In this document: in pieces, positions 56,140-64,000 of the stretch | How positions within the stretch are numbered: the stretch's first letter is position 1 | How the letters are laid out: each line of letters opens with the position of its first letter | Assembly: GCA_951406725.2 (NCBI GenBank) | Contig: OX597837.1 | Span: 36,332,001-36,396,000, forward strand | Origin: Octopus vulgaris | Taxonomy: Eukaryota | DNA length: 64,000 bases | Direction: 5' to 3' | Notes under the pieces: model-generated | Seen by the model: only the letters and a program-made list of their open reading frames with translations | Told to the model about the DNA's origin: nothing | The model's database searches: none | Translations under genes and position numbers: made by a program

Positions 56140-56638
56140 TTGACACCAGCCATGCTAGAGTATCGCCTTTAGTCGAGCAAATTGACCACCAAGACTTATT
56201 CTTTGTAAGCCTAGTACACATTTTATCGGACACTTTAGGTCAGACCGCAAAGTTACGGGGACGTAAACACACTAGCATCGGTTATCAAACGATGTTGGAG
56301 GGGCAATCACAGACACACAAACATATACACACACTCACACACACATACACAATATATATATATACGACGAGCTTCTTTTGGTTTCCATCAACCAAATTCA
56401 CTCACAAGACTTTGGTTGGCCCGAGGCTATAGTAGAAGAGACTTGCACAAGGTACCACGCAGTGGGACTGAACCAGGAACCATGTGGTTGGTAACCAAGT
56501 TACTTACCACACACCCACTTATGCGCCTATAAGCAATTTGTCGCTTCTCTTGTCCGCCGTTGTATCGGCTATATCTCCGAATGTTTTAATGTCCTCTATT
56601 GCGTTTTTGGTCCATTAAACTGAAAGAAGCCCGTCGTA

Positions 56639-56669
<31 letters not shown>

Positions 56670-56725
56670 GAAAAAACAAGTAAAAAATAGAAAATGCTAA
56701 AATAATTTTATAGTGAACATTTCAG

Positions 56726-56777
<52 letters not shown>

Positions 56778-57000
56778 GTGTGTGTGTTTGTCCCCCTAGA
56801 ATTGCTTGACAACCGATGCTGCTGTGTTTATGTCCCCGTTACTTAGCGGTTCGGCAAAAGAGACCGATAGAATAAGACCTCGGGGTCTTATTCTTACAAA
56901 AGAATAAGTCCCGGAGTCGAGTTGCTCAATTAAAGGCGGTGCTCCAGCCTGGCCGCAGTCAAATGACTGGAACAAGTAAAAGCCCGTAAGAGTAAGAGTA
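56140..57000. mobile_element. Two family B SINEs, divergent (minus 56140-56530, plus 56615-57000)
   Basis: Both match 20281-20735; the second is interrupted by (TA)n-embedded sequence. Confidence 0.85.
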
Positions 57001-57317
57001 AACGTTTCTGCCAGCTCGCCGCCTTATATGAATAATACTGTAGGCGCGAATTGGAAAAGGAACGAAATATAAAGTCGTCTGCTTATTAGGAAAAACGAAA
57101 ATCTCAACAAGCCTTGCCTTATTACTCAGGGTAGTTTGAAATCAATAAGCTGTTTGTAGGAAACCTGCAGTTACTAAATACAATAAGTAATATGTAAGAC
57201 GTGTAACAATAATGTTATGAAAATTACAGAGTAGTTAGTTTGTTTACGTTGTAGGTATTGATATTAACTTTGAGGTAAGATTTGGATCAACTAGAAGCGG
57301 TGTAATATAGATAGAAA

Positions 57318-57437
<120 letters not shown>

Positions 57438-57686
57438 ATAAATAAATATTTATATATATGTATATATGTATTTATTTACATATATATGTATATATGCATA
57501 TATGTATAAATATATATGTATGTATGTATATATATATATGTATATATATTTATTTATTTACATATGTATGTATATATACATACATATATATAACTATTTA
57601 AATATACATGTATATATATATATATATATATTTATATGTATGTATATATATAAATATATTATGACTAAACGCACGCACCCTCTCAA

Positions 57687-57729
<43 letters not shown>

Positions 57730-58148
57730 GCATGTGCATTTATTTGCATATGTGTGTATATATATATATGCAGGTATATATATATATATATATATGTATG
57801 TAAGTATGTATGTATATAATTCCTGTGTAGATAAATATTGCATATAATGGAAATCTATTTATTGATAGATTTGTGAGGAAGTTTGAACGGAAAAAATATA
57901 CAATAAATTAAAGATATCGGGGTTTTTTTTTTAAATTGCTATTTTATTAAAGAGAAATTATGGAAATACAAACCCAAAACTAAGTGAGAGAGGGAGAGAG
58001 GGGGAAGGAAGAGAGGTTGAAAGATTAGGGAAAATGTAGTGAACGTAATCAGAGCAGGTAGATTTAAGTTGAAAGGAAAATTTGGTTTTTGAAAGGAAAA
58101 GAACTTAGAAAAACTGCTTAAATATCATATAGACAAACAGACAGAAAG

Positions 58149-58215
<67 letters not shown>

Positions 58216-58240
58216 TATAAATAGGTAGATGGATAGATAT

Positions 58241-58472
58241 ATTTCTTTACTACCCACAAGGGGCTAAACACAGAGGGAACAAACAAGGACAGACAAACGG
58301 ATTAAGTCGATAATATCGAGCCCAGTGCGTAACTGTTACTTATTTAATCGACCCCGAAAGGATGAAAGGCAAAGTCGACCTCGGCGGAATTTGAACTCAG
58401 AACGTAGCGACAGACGAATTACTGCTGAGCATTTCGCCCGGCGTGCTAACGATTCTGCCAGCTCGCCGCCTT
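58241..58472 (-). mobile_element. Full-length family A SINE
   Basis: Near-identical to 24533-24760. Confidence 0.92.
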
Positions 58473-58633
58473 ATATATATATATATGGATAGATAGATAG
58501 ATGGATAGATAGATAGACAGATAGACAGACAGACGGACAGACAGATACGTACATACATACATACACACACACACACATATATATATACATACATGCATGC
58601 ATGCATACATACATACATACATACGTAGATAGG

Positions 58634-58714
<81 letters not shown>

Positions 58715-58717
58715 GAT

Positions 58718-58884
58718 AGACTTGCTTACAGAAAACGACTTCCAAGCCGAATTTCAAAAGTAGCAGGAATGCTGGGACCCGTATATTGCAACATAAGGTG
58801 AAGTATTTCGAAGAAGATGGTGTTAAAACTCCTGTAAATAAGTTATTTTTTATTAAACATAGCTGGAACCTTTTGATACCACCT

Positions 58885-58890
<6 letters not shown>
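58718..58890 (+). mobile_element. Mariner transposon right end
   Basis: LTENDFQAEFQK*QECWDPYIAT*GE..YFEED resembles a mariner C-terminus; ends in TIR-like AACCTTTTGATACCACCTCC|TA. Confidence 0.65.
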
Positions 58891-58954
<64 letters not shown>

Positions 58955-58955
58955 T

Positions 58956-59291
58956 GCAACAAGTCTATCCGAGGTAATGTGGTACGATCGTTTCATCCCC
59001 CTCCCTACTGATAGATCTAAATAACAAAGTTAAAATCTACAGTCAGAGAGTAGATTTGATTTTATCGTGTTCTTAAGAAAGAAACTAACCCCTCTGTCTG
59101 TATATCTACCCTCTTTATAATGTTGGCAAATGAAATTGGGATAAGAATGTGCATTATCCGTTTGATTGGAAAATCTCTAAAGGTGGCTGAAGATTGCTCG
59201 ACATTTTAAAACTGATGTAATGCTTACAGTGTTTCATAAAATGAAGTAGCATGAAACGATCGTACCACATTACCTCGGATATACTTGTTGC
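58956..59291. mobile_element. Fold-back element (41-bp arms, 1 mismatch) with a hammerhead motif on the plus strand (59183-59268)
   Basis: gugg CUGAAGA UUGCU-~49nt-AGCAU GAA ACGAUCGU A ccac; palindromic stem III. Confidence 0.72.
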
Positions 59292-59398
59292 TTATTTTGA
59301 TTGTAATCACCCATTGATTTATATGGATAATACCATATAAAATTCTGGTGCCTTTGACTTAAGTACCATATTCATCTGAATCTAAATTTTGCTGAACT

Positions 59399-59451
<53 letters not shown>

Positions 59452-59455
59452 CCAC

Positions 59456-59511
<56 letters not shown>

Positions 59512-59519
59512 ATATATAT

Positions 59520-59855
59520 TAATAATAATGATAAAACAAAAAAGAGTGAATGAGACCTCGATATTATGTACGATATTATGTAAATAGAGGAATTTATCTA
59601 TAAATATAATATAGGACAATCAGTTAGTTCTTATAATAAAACTCAGAGTTTTGGATGTCGTGTCTGAAGCCTGCTCCGGCATTTCATCAGTTCATATGAT
59701 GGCGCGGGCATATGCGATCTCATTGGAATATTCCTACTCGATACGTTGGTTAAAACTTTTCTAGAACTGATGAGATGCCGGAGCAGGCATCAGCTCCGCC
59801 ATCCGAAACTAACTGATTGTTCTATATATTATGACAACTAACTGATTGTCCTATA
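59520..59855. mobile_element. Fold-back repeat with two inverted hammerhead motifs
   Basis: Minus 59634-59693 and plus 59767-59810 (CUGAUGA GAUGCCGGAGC-8nt-GCUCCGCCAUC C GAAA); homologous to 41000-41240. Confidence 0.72.
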
Positions 59856-60194
59856 TATATATATGAAACGCAGAGTACATGAAACCATGGCAACTGAAGA
59901 AGGGGTTTTTTCCTTGTGTTATTCGTCCTGTACTCTATTTTTTTGTTGTTTAAGAAAAATGTCCAGTTCCTTGGTTTTGTGTTTATATTTTCGTTTCTCA
60001 TTCTGTTCGACGTTTTTTTGGTGTCCTGTACCCATATATGCGTGTATATATACATGTAGACGTAGGTACGTACATATATGTATGTATATATGCATATTAT
60101 TTAATAATTTATATATATATGTTTTTAACCTTTTAAAACAAGCCTTCTGTAGTTTTTTCACTTTTTACTATTTTCTGTCTCTCTATATATATAT

Positions 60195-60345
<151 letters not shown>

Positions 60346-60367
60346 TATATAAATATATAAATATATA

Positions 60368-60410
<43 letters not shown>

Positions 60411-60778
60411 GTATATATATCTTAATTCAAACAAGTGGAAGACTAGAAGAAGTGAAGTTGAAAAAATACACACAGAGAATAGATTAGAATTAATTACAAT
60501 CAATTTATGAACGCAAATCAATCAATTTGTACATTAGCAGGCAGCGTTCTGAGCTGCATTGCTTTTTCCTAACAATGGCCAGGATAGACCTACTTCGCGA
60601 AACAGCTTCATACGCTGTGAACTTTTGTAAATGTAATGTGAAACTGGTCAAGTATATTCCTATATTTTAAAATATAATTGAATTCCCAATTTTTAAAATG
60701 CTATCAAATTCCAATTTCTATTAATATATGCTCTGTGCATTTTCAATTTTATTTCTTATATATATATACGTATGTATG

Positions 60779-60827
<49 letters not shown>

Positions 60828-60834
60828 GTATATA

Positions 60835-60921
<87 letters not shown>

Positions 60922-60940
60922 GTATGTATATGTATGTATG

Positions 60941-60971
<31 letters not shown>

Positions 60972-60988
60972 GTATATATATATATATG

Positions 60989-61019
<31 letters not shown>

Positions 61020-61024
61020 ATATG

Positions 61025-61082
<58 letters not shown>

Positions 61083-61233
61083 AATATATAGGGTGGAGTG
61101 TCTGAATGTATGTATGGATGTATGTATATATATATATATATTCATACAGGCATACACACATACATCATATATATGATGTGTGTGTATATATGTATATATA
61201 TACATGTATATATATGTATATATACATATATAC

Positions 61234-61342
<109 letters not shown>

Positions 61343-61729
61343 TATACATACATACATATATATATGTATGTGTGCTTTCGTTTACATTAGAATAAGTCGT
61401 GAAAATTAATATCATTGAAGAGGTTATAAGACATCAGAAGAAAAGATTAAAATATATGTGAAAAATCTGAGATTCAGATAAGTTATAACCTAATTTTTAT
61501 ACGAAATTTGGTTTGCAAAGAAAATGATAAAAGTCTATCCGCGCAAACCATCATCTAATCTACAATATTTCTTGGATATTAATTTAAAATTAAACTGTCG
61601 GTTACATTCAAAGTGACTGAAAATAAGTTCGTTGAAAGCTTAAAGTGGAATAAGGTTAATTGTCAGAAATTTATTTGATCGAAGATTGGTTCAATAGGAA
61701 AATAGAGATGTTATATGCCATACTTAAAT

Positions 61730-61788
<59 letters not shown>

Positions 61789-61805
61789 ATACTTCAGATA
61801 CATAA

Positions 61806-61878
<73 letters not shown>

Positions 61879-61881
61879 TAA

Positions 61882-62215
61882 GGCGCATGGCTCAGTGGTT
61901 AAAGCGTCGGTCTCACAATCATGAGGTAGTGAGTTCGATTCCCGGACCGGGGTGTGTTGTGTTCTTGAGCGAGACATTCCATTTCACGTTGCTCCAGTTT
62001 ACTCAGCTGTAGAAAGGATTTGCGATGTTACAGGTGCCAAGCTGTATCGGCCCCTTTGCCTTTCCCTTAGATAAGATCAGTGGGAAAAGGAGGATGGTGT
62101 GCATGGGAGACTGTTGGTCTTCCATAAACAACCTTGCCTGGACTTGTGTCTCGGAGGGGAACATTCTAAGTGCAATCCCATGGTCATTCATCACCGGAAG
62201 GGGTTTTTGCCCTTT
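61882..62215 (+). mobile_element. Full-length tRNA-derived SINE, family C
   Basis: A-box TGGCTCAGTGG, B-box GAGTTCGATTCC, then GTGTTCTTGAGCGAGACA domain. Confidence 0.88.
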
Positions 62216-62338
62216 TATATAAGTGGCAACTAACCAGCGTGCATAAAAGTTGGTGGCGAATACAGTGAATAAAGTAAAATCAAATGAGGGTTTAGACAAG
62301 GATCTGTTATGTCATCAGGTCCCTTCAATTACTATAGC

Positions 62339-63700
62339 ATGGACAAAGTGTCTAATGAGGAAGTAATGACTCGGGCTGCAGTAAATAGGAAATTGCTTTG
62401 TGAAATAAGAGTCAAACAACTGAGATTTTTCTGGTCATGCGATGAAGAAAATGGACCTGGAGAATTTAGCAGCAATGACTGGGGAGACTGAAGGGGACAA
62501 AAGCAGAGGAAGAAGACAGATGGTATGGATGTTAAGGCGGCGAGCTGGCAGAAACGTTAGCACACCGGGCGAAATGCTTAGCGGTATTTCGTCTGCCGCT
62601 ACGTTGAGTTCAAATTCCGCCGGAGTCGACTTTGCCTTTCATCCTTTCAGGGTTGATTAAATAAGTGCCAGTTACGCACTGGGGTCGATATAATCGACTT
62701 AATCCGTTTGTCTGTCCTTGTTTGTCCTCTCTGTGTTTAGCCCCTTGTGGGTAATAAAGAAATAGGTATTTCGTCTGCCGCTACGTTCTGAGTTCAAATT
62801 CTGCCGGAGTCGACTTTGCCTTTCATCCTTTCGGGGTCGATTAAATAAGTACCAGTTACGCACTGGGGTCGATATAATCGACTTAATCCGTTTGTCTGTC
62901 CTTGTTTGTCCTCTCTGTTTTTAGCCCCTTGTGGGTAGTAAAGAAATAGGTATGGATGTTAAGCTTGACGAACTGGTTGGACGAAGGAGAGATTAAATAT
63001 CAAGAGGTGGAACTGTTACAGAAAGCAAAGAAGAGAGAACTGAGACAGGACATGATTGCATATGTCCTACATTCTGAGGATATTGAGGATTGAATGGACA
63101 AGGTGTTTAATGAAGAAGTGGTGACCCAAGCTGCAGCAAATAGGGAACTGTTTTTTGAGAAAAGGGACAAACAACTGAGATTTCTTAGTTATGTGATGAG
63201 GAAAGAGGGCCCAGGGAATTTAGCAATGACTGGAAAGATTGATGGAGACAGAAGCAGAGGAAGGAGAGATATGATATGGGTGTCAAGCTTGGTGAACTGG
63301 TTGGAAGAAAGAGGCATTAAACATCAAGAAGTGGAATTGTTACACACAAGAAAGAACAGAGAATTGGGACAAGACATGATCACCTATGCCCTGCATTTTG
63401 AGGATAGAATGGACAGACAGTGTCTAATGAAATGGCCCAGGTTGCAGTAAATAGGAAACTGCTTTGTGAGATAAGGGCCAAGCAACTGAGATTTCTTGGT
63501 TATGTGGTGAGGTAAGAGGGCCCGGGGAATTTAACAATGACTGTAGGGATAAAAAAGGGGACAGAAGCAGAAAAGGGGCGCTTGGTTAACTGGTTGGAAG
63601 AAATAGGCATTAAATATCAGGAAATGGAATTGTTACAGAAAATAAATACAGAGAATTATGGTCCGACATAATTGCCAAAGTCCTACATTCTGGACAGGAC
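62339..63700 (+). pseudogene. Three tandem copies of an RTE-like LINE ORF C-terminal segment
   Basis: MDKVxNEEV..RxKQLRFxxxVMRKEGxxNLAMTGKIDGDRSRGR..W..SLxNWL..ELL..RELxxDMI, starting at 62339, 63094 and 63409. Confidence 0.8.
62533..62953 (+). mobile_element. Family A SINE dimer with target-site duplication
   Basis: Flanked by GGTATGGATGTTAAG at 62522-62536 and 62949-62963; removing it restores MVWMLSLTNWL. Confidence 0.93.
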
Positions 63701-64000
63701 ATCTGAAAAAGAAGATCATAACTGGAAGAATAAAGTTTAATCAAGGAACTTTATCATAATCTAACATCTGAGTTTATAAGTTTCTAGTATTCAGTTACTC
63801 TGAATTATTATTACAAAGCTGGGATGTTATGTTTATTACGAACGCAATACAGTTGAGTGAGTATGTGTTGTTAGTTTATGTTGTAATAAACTTTAGAAAA
63901 TGTATAAATACTTTCCAATACTGTGTTCGATAAAACAGTGAGTCTTTTAAGAAAGATAATAGGTTTAAAGTATTTCAAAGTTCTAAAGATGCTGTGTTTA

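Noticed and set aside
61882-61955. tRNA genes (here and at 47504, 20281, 1119)
   Set aside because: A and B boxes are present but there is no convincing cloverleaf, and they continue into repeat bodies, so they are SINE heads.

Overview
AT-rich eukaryotic non-coding DNA dominated by microsatellites ((TA)n, (CA)n, (ATAC)n, (ATAG)n, (AAT)n, (CAT)n, (GGT)n, (GAA)n) and interspersed repeats. The repeat inventory resembles a coleoid cephalopod (Octopus-like) genome; this is an inference. No intact protein-coding gene is supported, and nearly all listed ORFs are translations of simple repeats. The only coding remnants are decayed transposons: Dong/R4-type LINE fragments (RT, CCHC knuckle, REL endonuclease) within (AAT)n tracts, a triplicated RTE-type LINE C-terminus and mariner ends. 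There are about 30 tRNA-derived SINE copies or fragments in three or more families, plus Tc1/mariner-type MITEs and a Helentron-type non-autonomous element. Three things stand out. (1) At least 10 minimal type-I hammerhead-ribozyme-like motifs (CUGANGA...GAAA-palindrome-UH) from several unrelated families, many inside fold-back elements as in Penelope-like retroelements; one appears joined to a tRNA-type Pol III head. (2) Two divergently oriented tandem arrays of ~150-bp A-box/B-box/oligo-T units (3 on the minus strand, ~15 on the plus strand) bracket a CpG-rich island carrying CCAAT, GC-box and YY1-like motifs at ~25.0-25.1 kb. (3) SINE concatemers share an identical head-to-tail junction at three loci. 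All calls were made by eye, and boundaries are approximate.
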